Assembly (NCBI GenBank): GCA_937924775.1
Contig: CALDUT010000013.1
Location: 22,073 to 86,072 of the forward strand
Length of the DNA: 64,000 nucleotides
From: an uncultured Gemmata sp.
Lineage (GTDB): Bacteria; Planctomycetota; Planctomycetia; Gemmatales; Gemmataceae
Direction of reading: 5' to 3'
The translations under genes were made by a program, and so were the position numbers. The notes beneath the pieces are model-generated. The model saw only the letters and a list, made by a program, of their open reading frames with translations. It had not been told where the DNA came from and did no database searches. This document shows positions 1 to 9,583 of the stretch, piece by piece (within the stretch, counting starts at the first letter, position 1; each line of letters begins with the position of its first letter).

Positions 1-2
1 TC

Positions 3-359
3 AGCTACGACAAGCTGCCCAAACAAACGGTGAAGTTCAACCGGCGCAATATTTTCGCACGCGATCATAATCAGTGTCAATACTGTGGCAAGCGCTTCCC
101 CACCACGGAGTTGTCGCTCGATCACGTCATTCCCCGCAGCCAAGGCGGAACGACGACGTGGGATAACATCGTCTGTGCCTGCGTCGACTGCAACGTCCGC
201 AAGGGCGGGCGCACGCCGCGGCAGGCGAATATGACGCTGATCCGCAAACCGGAGAAACCCAAGCGCAGCCCGTTGTTGAACCTCAAGCTGTCGCAGAAGA
301 AGTATCAATCGTGGCAGTCGTTCCTCGATAATGCCTACTGGAACGTCGAGCTGAAATAA
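3..359 (+). CDS. HNH endonuclease (McrA/HNH_5-like), 5'-truncated by the window edge
   Basis: Frame is open from base 3. CQYCG...LSLDHVIPRSQGG...WDNIVCACVDCNVRKG gives two CxxC Zn pairs around the HNH core. Confidence 0.9.
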   Translation, partial: SYDKLPKQTVKFNRRNIFARDHNQCQYCGKRFPTTELSLDHVIPRSQGGTTTWDNIVCACVDCNVRKGGRTPRQANMTLIRKPEKPKRSPLLNLKLSQKKYQSWQSFLDNAYWNVELK

Positions 360-669
360 CCGACCGAGGAACCTCACGCTCACCCACGCATCCTGTGCCC
401 CAGCGCCGGATGCGTCGGTATAAGACCCCTTTTCGCCAGCGGCCGCCGGAGGATGGCGTTGTTTGCCCCGTTGCGGTGCAGCCTCGGTCGCTGCCAGCCA
501 CGGGTGTACCGCGGTACCGGGTTCCCCCATTCCCAGCCTTCGCCAGTGTTCGGCATCGCGTCGGTCGCCGCGTTTTCTCAGGTCGTTTTCTGTCGGGTTA
601 GTTTCGCGCTAGGCCGTGCCGGAAGCCAGAATTTCTGGAACATTTCGCCGATTTCGCGGTGAAAATCGC

Positions 670-697
670 TTGACCCGCCCGGCAAGATCGTTATGGT
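670..697 (+). promoter_or_regulatory. Candidate sigma70-type promoter upstream of the beta-barrel gene
   Basis: TTGACC (670-675), 16-nt spacer, TATGGT (692-697). Consensus resemblance only. Confidence 0.3.
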
Positions 698-833
698 TCG
701 GCGACTGTTCCGCGCAGAGGCGCGAAGTACCGTGTTCAGGGGAACGGTATCCCGGCCGTGGCCGGGGCCGAGCCGGAGCGGGTTGGGGAGCCAACTTCGG
801 CCTGACGTAACGCTGTGAAGGGGGAAGCGGGTT

Positions 834-2024
834 ATGCGCCATCGGTATATCGGGGGAACCGTTGTGGCGGCGGTGGTCGCCTGGGGCTGGTCGAGTGCGG
901 TGTTCGCCCAAGAAGGCGGCTTCCAAACTCCACTGAACTCGGAACCGGTGCTACCGATTCCAACGGGGCATGTCGGTGAACCGGGCTTCTACGCAACCGC
1001 CGAGTATGTCATGCTTCAACAGACCCGGGCGATGGGCGATCAAACGATTGCCGTTCGCGGGTTCCGGGACACCAGCGGGTTGATCTCCGGGGTTGTCGGT
1101 ACCTTCGTCGGGCCGGGCAGCGATGCCTTGAACACCCGGCGGATGGGCCAACGGGAATTTCAACCAGGTTTCCGCACGGAAATCGGTTATAAATTCGACA
1201 CCGGAACCCGGCTTTATGCCAACTATATGCAAGTTTACGATGCCCACTACTCCGCCGGAGCGACCTTCGCCCCGCTGGCGTATCGGCAGGTGGATCTTTC
1301 CGACACTTACCTTTACGCCCCGGTATACAACTACCACCCGGCCTTCGTTGGTCCGGAGAACGATACCGCCGCCGATATTGCCCTCGGCACCGGGTTCAAC
1401 ACCGTGGGTATCTGGAACGCGGCGGAGGTCATGGATATCAAATTCACGCAGCGGTTCCAAACGGCAGAAGTTGGCATGCGGGTGCCGCTGTTTGAGTCGG
1501 AACTGAGTACCGTCTACGGGATGGCTGGCGGCCGGTTCGCGTGGTTCTTCGAACGCTTCGCATGGCGGACCGTTGACATTGCCAACGACGGTGAAGCCTT
1601 GCCACAATATGTGGCGTGGTATTCCAATACCTTGTCGCAACGGATGTATGGTCTGTTCGTGGGCTGCGGCCATGAGGTGTATCTGGGAAATATGTTCTCG
1701 GCGAGCTTGGACCTGACAGCCGCGGCCTTCATGGATGTGATCAAATACCGGGCCAAGTACAAACTGGGGGATTACTCGGTTCAGTCGAAATATGGGCGGG
1801 AATCGTTCAGCATCGTTCCCAGCGGAACCGCGGAATTCAACTTGTGGTTCTATCCGACGGAAGGCATCCAAATGCGGATCGGTTACATGGGGATGACCTT
1901 CTTCAACACTCGCTATATGCGGGAACCGGTGGGCTTCAACTACGGCAACATCGACCCGAACTATGGGGTGAAGTGGTTCCGTCTGGTCCACGGTTTCAAC
2001 GTCGGTATTGGTTTCTTCTTCTAA
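834..2024 (+). CDS. Outer-membrane beta-barrel protein (planctomycete BBP7/Lpg1974-like family)
   Basis: Signal peptide ending AVFA-Q, alternating aromatic/Gly beta strands, C-terminal strand GFNVGIGFFF ending in Phe (BAM-type signal). Confidence 0.7.
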   Translation: MRHRYIGGTVVAAVVAWGWSSAVFAQEGGFQTPLNSEPVLPIPTGHVGEPGFYATAEYVMLQQTRAMGDQTIAVRGFRDTSGLISGVVGTFVGPGSDALNTRRMGQREFQPGFRTEIGYKFDTGTRLYANYMQVYDAHYSAGATFAPLAYRQVDLSDTYLYAPVYNYHPAFVGPENDTAADIALGTGFNTVGIWNAAEVMDIKFTQRFQTAEVGMRVPLFESELSTVYGMAGGRFAWFFERFAWRTVDIANDGEALPQYVAWYSNTLSQRMYGLFVGCGHEVYLGNMFSASLDLTAAAFMDVIKYRAKYKLGDYSVQSKYGRESFSIVPSGTAEFNLWFYPTEGIQMRIGYMGMTFFNTRYMREPVGFNYGNIDPNYGVKWFRLVHGFNVGIGFFF

Positions 2025-2054
2025 GAGAGCCGTTCACCCTTCACATCCCCGAGG

Positions 2055-2095
2055 CCGGTTGGCCGCACATCCCAACGGTGTGCGCGGCCAACCGG
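2055..2095 (+). terminator. GC-rich hairpin after the beta-barrel gene (possible terminator or processing stem)
   Basis: CCGGTTGGCCGCACA ... TGTGCGCGGCCAACCGG inverted repeat; no clear U tract. Confidence 0.4.
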
Positions 2096-2221
2096 GTTGC
2101 GACTTTGGCCAACTTGGGGCAGTTTCTCGTTGCTCTGGGCCTGTGGTCGGCTTAAACTCATCTTTCGACATACCGGATTTTCTCCATCCTGCTGACCCTA
2201 GCTCTCCCGGAGGTTCTCCCG

Positions 2222-3613
2222 ATGGCCAATCGTATCCACCGTCGGCAAATGCTGGCGGCATCCGCCGCGACGCTGGGCTATCTGCATCTGGCGCCTGCGG
2301 TTTCGTGGGCTCGCGTGTATCGGGCTAACGAAAAGCTCCGCGTCGCTGGCATCGGTGTTGGTGGTAAAGGTTCCAGCGACATCGACCAAGCCGGTAATCT
2401 GATGGAAGTGGTCGCTCTCTGCGATATTGATGAAACCCATCTGGCTCCCAAAGCCAAGAAATGGCCACAAGCCAAAACTTTCTTCGATTATCGCAAGATT
2501 TTCGACGACGCCTCCCTGTTGCGGAATATCGACGCTGTCACGGTCAGCACCCCCGACCATACGCACGCCCTGCCCAGCATTCTGGCGATGCGGCACGGCA
2601 AGCATGTCTATTGCCAAAAACCGCTGACGCATGATGTTTACGAAGCCCACCTGATGCGGGCGGAAGCTAAGAAGAACAAAGTTTGCACGCAAATGGGCAA
2701 CCAAGGCACCACGGCCAATGGCCTGCGACGGGCGGTGGAACTGATCCAAAAGGGCCTTCTGGGCGATGTGACCGAAGTGCATGTGTGGACCAACCGTCCG
2801 GTGTGGCCGCAAGCTCCGGATGTGACCGATAAAAAACCGCCGAAATCCGCGCCGGTGCCGCCGACGGTTCACTGGGACGAATTCCTGGGCCCAGCCCCGG
2901 AACGCGAATACGCGGTCGGGATTCACCCCTTCAAATGGCGGGGCTTCTGGGATTACGGCACCGGCGCAATTGGCGACATGGCCTGCCACACCGCGAACAT
3001 GGCCTTCATGGGCTTACGCTTGGGTCATCCGGTGCGTGTGTCCGCCAGCGCGGGCGATGTCAATGATCTGACCTGCCCCAGCTACGCCCATGTAATGATC
3101 CACTTCCCGGCCCGGGATAAGATGCCCCCGGTGGTCGTCCACTGGTACGAAGGGAAGAAAGATGGCCGCAAGATGCTGCCGCCGGACTCGCTGATTGTCC
3201 AAGCCACCCAACTTTCGGGCAAACCGCTGGTCAATAGCGGTTCGATCTTGGTGGGAACCAAGGGCATGGCCTACTCACCCGACGACTACGGGGCCCAAGT
3301 CTTCTTTAGCACCGGGGACAAGACCGACGGCAGTTCCAAGCCTGAAACCCTGCCCATCAACAACAGAGGCGACCAGGGGCAGAAGGACGAATGGGTGGCC
3401 GCGATCAAAGCCGGCAAGCCCGAGTTGGCCCTCGCCAACTTCGACTACGCCGGGTTATTGACCGCCGCGTTCTTGCTGGGCAATGTCGCGATCCGCACGG
3501 GTAAAGCCTTCAATTTCGATGGCGAAAAATGCACCGCGGATATCAAAGAAGCGGCCCCGTTGATCCGCCGCGAATACCGCAAAGGCTGGGACTTGATCGG
3601 CTACAACGCCTAA
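2222..3613 (+). CDS. Tat-exported Gfo/Idh/MocA family oxidoreductase
   Basis: Twin-arginine leader HRRQML, Rossmann GIGVGGKG, STPDHTH and YCQKPLT motifs, planctomycete-type WRGFWDYGTGAIGDMACH. Confidence 0.9.
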   Translation: MANRIHRRQMLAASAATLGYLHLAPAVSWARVYRANEKLRVAGIGVGGKGSSDIDQAGNLMEVVALCDIDETHLAPKAKKWPQAKTFFDYRKIFDDASLLRNIDAVTVSTPDHTHALPSILAMRHGKHVYCQKPLTHDVYEAHLMRAEAKKNKVCTQMGNQGTTANGLRRAVELIQKGLLGDVTEVHVWTNRPVWPQAPDVTDKKPPKSAPVPPTVHWDEFLGPAPEREYAVGIHPFKWRGFWDYGTGAIGDMACHTANMAFMGLRLGHPVRVSASAGDVNDLTCPSYAHVMIHFPARDKMPPVVVHWYEGKKDGRKMLPPDSLIVQATQLSGKPLVNSGSILVGTKGMAYSPDDYGAQVFFSTGDKTDGSSKPETLPINNRGDQGQKDEWVAAIKAGKPELALANFDYAGLLTAAFLLGNVAIRTGKAFNFDGEKCTADIKEAAPLIRREYRKGWDLIGYNA

Positions 3614-3640
3614 CGTGAGGCCGTATCAGGAGTTCCGTAC

Positions 3641-3695
3641 AAAAAACAACCAGCCCGCGAGGGCTTTCCCGCGGGCTGGTGTGCTTTTGGTTTTT
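3641..3695. terminator. Probable bidirectional intrinsic terminator between convergent genes
   Basis: ACCAGCCCGCG-loop-CGCGGGCTGGT stem (3649-3680), A tract upstream, T-rich tract downstream. Confidence 0.7.
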
Positions 3696-3854
3696 CACAA
3701 GAGGTTCTCAAATAGCCTGGCAGAAAGAAAACACTCCGGGGCTGAGGACGGCCAGAAAGCCGGTGCCCAGGTGATTTCCTGCTTGCCGGCCTCGCTGTTC
3801 CCGTGCAGGCCTGCATATTCGCAAGGTGGCCATAAGTTCCTATATTTTCTGAAG

Positions 3855-4802
3855 TTAGCGATTGCGGGGAGCGGCCGGTGCGGTTTTCTCGCTCTCCAGG
3901 GGCTTTTCGCGGACCGGAGCCGGCTGCACCGCGGGCGCTGCCGGGGCGGGAGCCGGTTGCGGGGCCGCCGGGGGCGGAGGAACGGCCTCTCCGCCGCCAA
4001 TGCCGCCACCGGGAGCCGGCAGAATCACTCCGGGAACGCCGATCACCGGCGGGCCACCGGGGAACGGAACCGGACCATCGGGTATATCAAACGGCACCGG
4101 GAAGGGGAAGATTTGGTTGTTGCCCTTGGTGGGTCCGTCCGAATCGGGCCGGAGCTTTTCCGCCCGTTCCATGGTCGTGATGAACAGAACGTTGCCCATC
4201 CGCACCGTGCCCAAATCCGCCACTTCCGCCATCAGCCGGATCGCGCTTTCCAGCGGGACATCCTCGAGCTTGATGGTGATGGCTTTATTGGCTTTCTCAC
4301 CTAAGCGCGGATCCACAATGATGTTGACGCCATTATCCGCGGCCAGTTGCTTGGCTGCAGATGCAAAGGCCGTGCCGTCGCAATCGACGCTCACCCGTTG
4401 CCGCAGTTGTCGGGTGATGACCCCTTCTTCCGTGGAAATGAACAACCCCTCTTTGATCAGACCGCATTTGAGATTGCACGGCGCAAGAGCCGCTTGTAAT
4501 CCGTCTTTGAGTTTGACTTGCTTGAGACTGATGGTGATAGTGGGCTGATGCGGATTGAAGCCAAATTGGTACACCATCGGATCGATGATAACTTGAATTT
4601 GCTTGGCTTTCAGATCATTGATCACATCATTGAGCGATTTATTCTGATAGTTCATGTCCCCCACTTCATCGAGCGCTTTGCGGATTTTTTCGATGGGGGA
4701 ATTGTCTTTGGCCGGGGCCACAGGGGCCGGGGCCGCCGGCGCCGCCGCGGGGACCGCGGCCAACACGGCCGCCGCCAACAGTTGAGCTACTGTTAGACGC
4801 AT
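3855..4802 (-). CDS. Exported protein with two STN/secretin-N0-like domains and a Pro-rich tail
   Basis: Start moved to ATG 4802 (MRLTVAQLLAAAVLAA signal peptide). Two repeats of the pattern L..i..l.....v.iiiDp......iti.l..v.l..al. Confidence 0.6.
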   Translation of the reverse strand: MRLTVAQLLAAAVLAAVPAAAPAAPAPVAPAKDNSPIEKIRKALDEVGDMNYQNKSLNDVINDLKAKQIQVIIDPMVYQFGFNPHQPTITISLKQVKLKDGLQAALAPCNLKCGLIKEGLFISTEEGVITRQLRQRVSVDCDGTAFASAAKQLAADNGVNIIVDPRLGEKANKAITIKLEDVPLESAIRLMAEVADLGTVRMGNVLFITTMERAEKLRPDSDGPTKGNNQIFPFPVPFDIPDGPVPFPGGPPVIGVPGVILPAPGGGIGGGEAVPPPPAAPQPAPAPAAPAVQPAPVREKPLESEKTAPAAPRNR

Positions 4803-5062
4803 ACAACGGACTCCCAAAAAGGGGTAGCTCCCGAACCGATGCGGGAGCCCAAAACCACAGGATCGGTGCCTCTCCTGTTCCAACGGAGCTGCTGCCAGTT
4901 TCGTTGGCTACGGTTTTCCAAAAGGCCGCGGTCACCGACCGGAGTGGAACCGTAGCGAGGTTGGCGTCAGCCCAGTTTTGTACCACGCCGGCACACCTTT
5001 GTCGAGGCGGTTCATCGCCGCAAACCATCCGGCGAACGTTTGCCCAACTGCCGCAGACGAGG

Positions 5063-6070
5063 TTATTTTGCGGACAACCCACGGACGTGATCGCGAATTT
5101 CGCACAGTATCGTCATGGTGTAGAATCCCGCCGTGACATGCCCGGAATCCAACCACACCATCCGGGGTTTGTCCGTGGCCTCCCACAGCGCCGTCGCGGC
5201 GCACGCCGGAACGATCACATCATGCCGAGCCGCAATCAGAAGCAAGTTCTTGCGTTTGAGCTTATCGGCATAGGTGATGGGATCAACTAGCCCGATCAGC
5301 TTCTTCACGAGGTTCTTGCCGCCCCAGCGATCGATCCATTCCGCGACCGGTTTAGCCCGCGGATGGTTGAAATAGGCGTCCACCAGACCGCCACCACCCA
5401 ACACAATACAAACGTTCTTGATACGCGGTTCATTGGCCGCGGTCAGAGCGGTGATGAAACTCCCCAAGCTGGTTCCGACCATTCCCAGTTTCTCCGCGTC
5501 CACTTCGGGGCGTTCGGCCAACCACGCCGCGGCACAGCGGCAATCCAAAACAGCCTGCTGAATGCCGTTGAATGTGCGGACCAGGTCGGGGGAAACCAAT
5601 TTCACGTTACTTCCTGCCGCGCGGCGTTCGTTGTAATGCGGCAGCACCACCACCAATGCCGCCACACCATTTTGCGCCAGCCACATCGCTTCGCCGCGGG
5701 CGACCAACTGGTTCCCTTGCATAATGTCTAGTACGATCACCGCGGGAATCTTGGCCAACCCCTCACGCAGACCGTGGGCATGGGTGGACGGCACGAAGTA
5801 CTGAGCGTAAACGGTGTTGTTTTCGGCAATGTCGCTGGCGATCGGGGAAGGGAAGGTGAGATTGTAAACCGTCACCCCGTTGTGACGTAAGGTATAGCGG
5901 TGCGTCAGCTTGTAGTGGCCGCGATAGGCTTCGGCGAGCCGGTAGCGTTCCGCGATGTCGGCTTGGGAATCGTCCGCCGGGACGGTCAGGACGCCCGTCA
6001 CGGTTTCGGCCGCCGCGAGAATGGGGGCGAAACTCCCGGCCACCATCAATACGAGCGAAAATCGTGCCAT
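5063..6070 (-). CDS. Exported alpha/beta hydrolase
   Basis: Signal peptide from ATG 6070, nucleophile elbow GTSLG, Asp in ARHDVIV, His in DSGHV. Confidence 0.8.
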   Translation of the reverse strand: MARFSLVLMVAGSFAPILAAAETVTGVLTVPADDSQADIAERYRLAEAYRGHYKLTHRYTLRHNGVTVYNLTFPSPIASDIAENNTVYAQYFVPSTHAHGLREGLAKIPAVIVLDIMQGNQLVARGEAMWLAQNGVAALVVVLPHYNERRAAGSNVKLVSPDLVRTFNGIQQAVLDCRCAAAWLAERPEVDAEKLGMVGTSLGSFITALTAANEPRIKNVCIVLGGGGLVDAYFNHPRAKPVAEWIDRWGGKNLVKKLIGLVDPITYADKLKRKNLLLIAARHDVIVPACAATALWEATDKPRMVWLDSGHVTAGFYTMTILCEIRDHVRGLSAK

Positions 6071-6218
6071 CGTCGTGATCCTTCCCACCCATGTACAACC
6101 AACACCCCATCATACGTCGGATGGGAAGCGGACGGAAGCGGGTAACTTGCTCCCATCGCCGGCTACGAACACAGCCGGGGGCAGTGGCCGCAGCCTTCCA
6201 CGGACTCAGCGAAGCCCG

Positions 6219-7142
6219 CTAGCGGTGGAAGTAATGGCGGGCGAAGGCCACGAAGAGCAATTTCGCCTGGGTCCACTTAGTCAGTTCGGGGCGTTGCGTC
6301 CAGACGTCGTAGTCGAGCCGTTCGATGGCGTGCAGAATCGCCCGGCCGCCGCGAATGAACAAATCCACATCCACACGCACTTCCCGCGGCAGCCGCGGCA
6401 GCAGTTCCTGGCCGCGATCGAAGTAAGCGTGGGTGCGGTTCACTTCAAACCGCATCAAGTCGCGGAAAGCGGGTGTACAACTTCTGGACAGCAGATCGCG
6501 TTCAGAATACCCAAAGCGGTCGCGGTCTTCCTGGGGCAAATACACCCGGCCGAGGGCGAAATCGCGGGCGACATCCTGCCAGAAGTTCGCCAATTGAAGC
6601 CCCGTGCAAACTTCGTCGGCCAGGGCGGCACGGTCCGCGTCGAAACACTCAAAGAGATAAAGCACCAAATGCCCCACCGGATTGGCGGAATAGCGGCAGT
6701 AGTGGAGCAGTTGGGCGAAGGTGGCGTAGCGTTTTTGGTGTTGGTCGGTTTCAAAGGCTACCAACAGATCGAGAAACGGTTGTGCGGGGATGGCGAAACG
6801 GCGGATCGTTTCCCGGAGGGCGACCATCACCGGATGCGTGGGGTGGCCGTCGTAGCAGGCAAGCAGTTCCTGCCGCCACCAGTCGATCAGCCGCAGGGCG
6901 GTTGCCCCGCCGGCGGTTTCGTCGGCCAGATCGTCGGACCAGCGGCAGTAGGCATAAACGGCGTGAAAATGGGGGACCAGCCGTCGCGGTAGCAGCAGCG
7001 AGGCCACGGTGAAGTTCTCGTAATGGGTTTTGGCCACCGCAGCGCAGTAAGCCCGCGCGGTGGCCAAACGCACGGAGGACCGTGGCGCTTCCGCCGCCGG
7101 TCCCCACATTTGGAGTTCGCGTGCGAAGTTCCAGCCCATCAC
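6219..7142 (-). CDS. hpnC: Squalene synthase-like HpnC (hydroxysqualene synthase)
   Basis: THYENFTVAS, VYAYCRWSDDLADE, YCRYSANPVGHLVL, LQLANFWQDV, GRVYLP: the HpnC signature set. Confidence 0.9.
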   Translation of the reverse strand: MMGWNFARELQMWGPAAEAPRSSVRLATARAYCAAVAKTHYENFTVASLLLPRRLVPHFHAVYAYCRWSDDLADETAGGATALRLIDWWRQELLACYDGHPTHPVMVALRETIRRFAIPAQPFLDLLVAFETDQHQKRYATFAQLLHYCRYSANPVGHLVLYLFECFDADRAALADEVCTGLQLANFWQDVARDFALGRVYLPQEDRDRFGYSERDLLSRSCTPAFRDLMRFEVNRTHAYFDRGQELLPRLPREVRVDVDLFIRGGRAILHAIERLDYDVWTQRPELTKWTQAKLLFVAFARHYFHR

Positions 7143-8464
7143 TTCTGCGGTTCGAGGATGCGGATTTGCGTGGAGAGTGTGAACTTCAGCCCATCCAGAT
7201 CATACTCGGTTTCAGCGAAGAACGCCCGGAACCCCTTGTCCGGAGCGGTCACGGTCACGGGGAACATCGCGTCGTTATCTTGCACCCAGCGCGCTTGGCG
7301 GAAATCGCGGCTGGGGGCTTCGGCTTTCCACACGCGAATGGCCTTGGTTGTGGCCGCGGAGGTCACTTCCAGACGGCAGACCCCGGCTTTCTCATCGCAC
7401 ACCCACGACATCCCCGGCATTTTCTTATCGAAGATGATACAGTGGGCGAACGCCGAGAGGGTGTTGATGGCCCGCATGGGTAACAGCTCGAATTTGCCGT
7501 TGGCGTCTTTTTCCCGCAAATCATGACCGGCGTTGGGAACATAAAGGACCCACTTGTCGCCTTTCAGGTCGTCCCAGTAGGAATTGAGGGCATCGAGGGG
7601 CCAATAGGGGTCGTTGGTCCCGTTGATGATCATTTTGGGCATGGTGATGCGCTCGCGGTACACCCACGGATCGATCATCGTCCACAACTTTTGGGCTTCG
7701 GGGGTATCAGGAATGGGCACCAGGTTCCGCTGGGTGTAATCTTTGATCATTTCGCTGGGTTTGCCGAAGGCGTGGACCTGGTTTTTCATCTGCACCGGCA
7801 TATTGAGGGTGTCGATGACGATCGGGGCGATGGCCTTCACCCGCTTATCGCCGGTGGCCGCTGTCAGCCAACTGGTCCACCCCCGTTTCGACGCGCCTGT
7901 GACGACAAACGACTGGACTTCAAAATCCCACTGCTTCTTGGCGAACTGTTGAATGGCGTCCATAGCGGCGACCACGCTTTTGACCATGGGGAACAGCAAG
8001 GGCCACGAACCATCCTGGGATTCGAGGTAGCGGACGAAAGTTTCGGCAATCAGCGCGTCTTCCGTTTTACCGCCGAAGAGGGGTTGTTTGGGGACTCCAA
8101 ACAGGAAGGCGATCGGAGCTTTCACCCGCTCGGCGATTTGCAGCCCCAAAATGTTGGAAGTGGGGTTGGGCCGGCCCCCCTGATTCCACAACAGCATGGT
8201 AGTTTGGGGTTTAGCGTCTTTGGGCACGATCACCAGCAGTTTGTGGTCCCATTTGATGTCGTGCCAGGTTTGCGAGATCAGGTCGAGTTCGTAGATAGTG
8301 CCCGCGTCGGTCTTTTTGGTATCGACGAGCTTCCACGCGAACGAATCATCTTTCTTGGTGACGTAATCGACCAGATCGCTCGGCGGAGCCGGCGTATCGG
8401 GGGCCGCGAGGACTAAAACGGGGCAGGCTACCAGCCAACTGAAGCTGAGAATGAAGCGTCGCAA
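7139..8464 (-). CDS. PhoPQ-activated pathogenicity-related protein PqaA family (exported alpha/beta-hydrolase fold)
   Basis: Start moved to TTG 8464 (signal peptide). LISQTW, LFPMVKS, VTGASKRGWTSW, IDPWVY, GTNDPYWPLD, YVPNAGH. Stop overlaps the hpnC start. Confidence 0.8.
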   Translation of the reverse strand: MRRFILSFSWLVACPVLVLAAPDTPAPPSDLVDYVTKKDDSFAWKLVDTKKTDAGTIYELDLISQTWHDIKWDHKLLVIVPKDAKPQTTMLLWNQGGRPNPTSNILGLQIAERVKAPIAFLFGVPKQPLFGGKTEDALIAETFVRYLESQDGSWPLLFPMVKSVVAAMDAIQQFAKKQWDFEVQSFVVTGASKRGWTSWLTAATGDKRVKAIAPIVIDTLNMPVQMKNQVHAFGKPSEMIKDYTQRNLVPIPDTPEAQKLWTMIDPWVYRERITMPKMIINGTNDPYWPLDALNSYWDDLKGDKWVLYVPNAGHDLREKDANGKFELLPMRAINTLSAFAHCIIFDKKMPGMSWVCDEKAGVCRLEVTSAATTKAIRVWKAEAPSRDFRQARWVQDNDAMFPVTVTAPDKGFRAFFAETEYDLDGLKFTLSTQIRILEPQK

Positions 8465-8484
8465 GGTTCCATCTCCGAGAGAGG

Positions 8485-9261
8485 TTAGGAGGATTCCGCA
8501 GTCAGCAACGAGGCGAAAAACGTCCCAGTCGCGGAACGGATCGCGTTTTTGTATACCGTCAGGCGGTGATCGCCATCTTTCAAGAGACGCAATTCGACAT
8601 GCGGGTATTCGACATTCTCGATGAAAAACAGCGAATCGGTATAAGGAACGATCGTATCCGCCAATCCGTGAAACAATAGCGCCGGAATACGCCAATCGGC
8701 TACCAGCTGCGCCGGCGGGAAGCGATCGCGCTCAGCCACTAACGGGAAGCCCAGCTCCACGGTTATCCATGGATTCGCCACCCGCCGCCGGTTGGTTCGC
8801 TGCCAGTCTTCTTGTTCGGCTGGGGTCAGTTCGTCCCAGCGGCGTTGGAGGAAGGCGAACGCCGGCGCGATGAAAACGCAGCCCACCACATCACGGGGGT
8901 GGAATTTGGCCCACCACGCGGCCGCGAATCCGCCCATGCTGGAACCGACCAGCCCCAGACGCGTGGCCCCCCGTGCCGCCAGCCAGGCGTGTATGGCCGA
9001 CAAATCCTCAAGTAACCGACTGGCACAAAGTTCGTGCATCGTGCCACTGGATTCACCATGGCCACGGAAGTCGAAGGCCGCGAAGGCCCAGCCCCGGCGG
9101 CCGCATTCCTCCTGCACCGCCAACGACTTCTCGCCCCCGCGATGGCTGCCCAATCCGTGTACCCACAGCACCGCGAAGTCGCTCGTGGTTGCGCCGGGTT
9201 GAAAAATTCCGGTCAGATACTCACAGGCCGACAGCGGCAGCCGCACAATTTCAGAAATCAT
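8485..9261 (-). CDS. Alpha/beta hydrolase (ABHD10/YqiA-like esterase/thioesterase)
   Basis: Start moved to ATG 9261. HGLGS, FDFRGHGES, GSSMGG, FHGLADT, DGDHRL give a Ser-Asp-His triad. Confidence 0.85.
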   Translation of the reverse strand: MISEIVRLPLSACEYLTGIFQPGATTSDFAVLWVHGLGSHRGGEKSLAVQEECGRRGWAFAAFDFRGHGESSGTMHELCASRLLEDLSAIHAWLAARGATRLGLVGSSMGGFAAAWWAKFHPRDVVGCVFIAPAFAFLQRRWDELTPAEQEDWQRTNRRRVANPWITVELGFPLVAERDRFPPAQLVADWRIPALLFHGLADTIVPYTDSLFFIENVEYPHVELRLLKDGDHRLTVYKNAIRSATGTFFASLLTAESS

Positions 9262-9583
9262 GGTTTGTTGGATAAGCGGTGTGGGCGAGTATCTCTTGTG
9301 TGAACGATTGGCGCGGTTATCATAGAACTGTCGGCCTCGCCGACGACCGATCCCGAACGCTAGGACCGGCCTCTTCTCTTCATGAGTATAAGGAACCAAT
9401 CGTCCACAATCCGACCGCCGCTTTCGACGACGGCCGCCCCGACAACCCCAGCACCGCCTGAGCTGCGCGCGGTGGTGCTGCCTGAGCAGCAAACACGGGC
9501 CCCATCACCGGTCCGTAAACCTTACGACGGCTGGTTGACCGTCACCTGTTCTGTCCACTCGCCTGCATTCAGAGGATTGTGCC

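Noticed and set aside
951-1991. 346-aa antisense ORF opposite the beta-barrel gene, and similar long shadow ORFs (32468-33850, 33860-35311, 21795-22832, 5955-6992, 27175-28038)
   Set aside because: They lie wholly antisense to well-supported genes and have no motifs; long antisense frames are expected from GC-rich codon bias.
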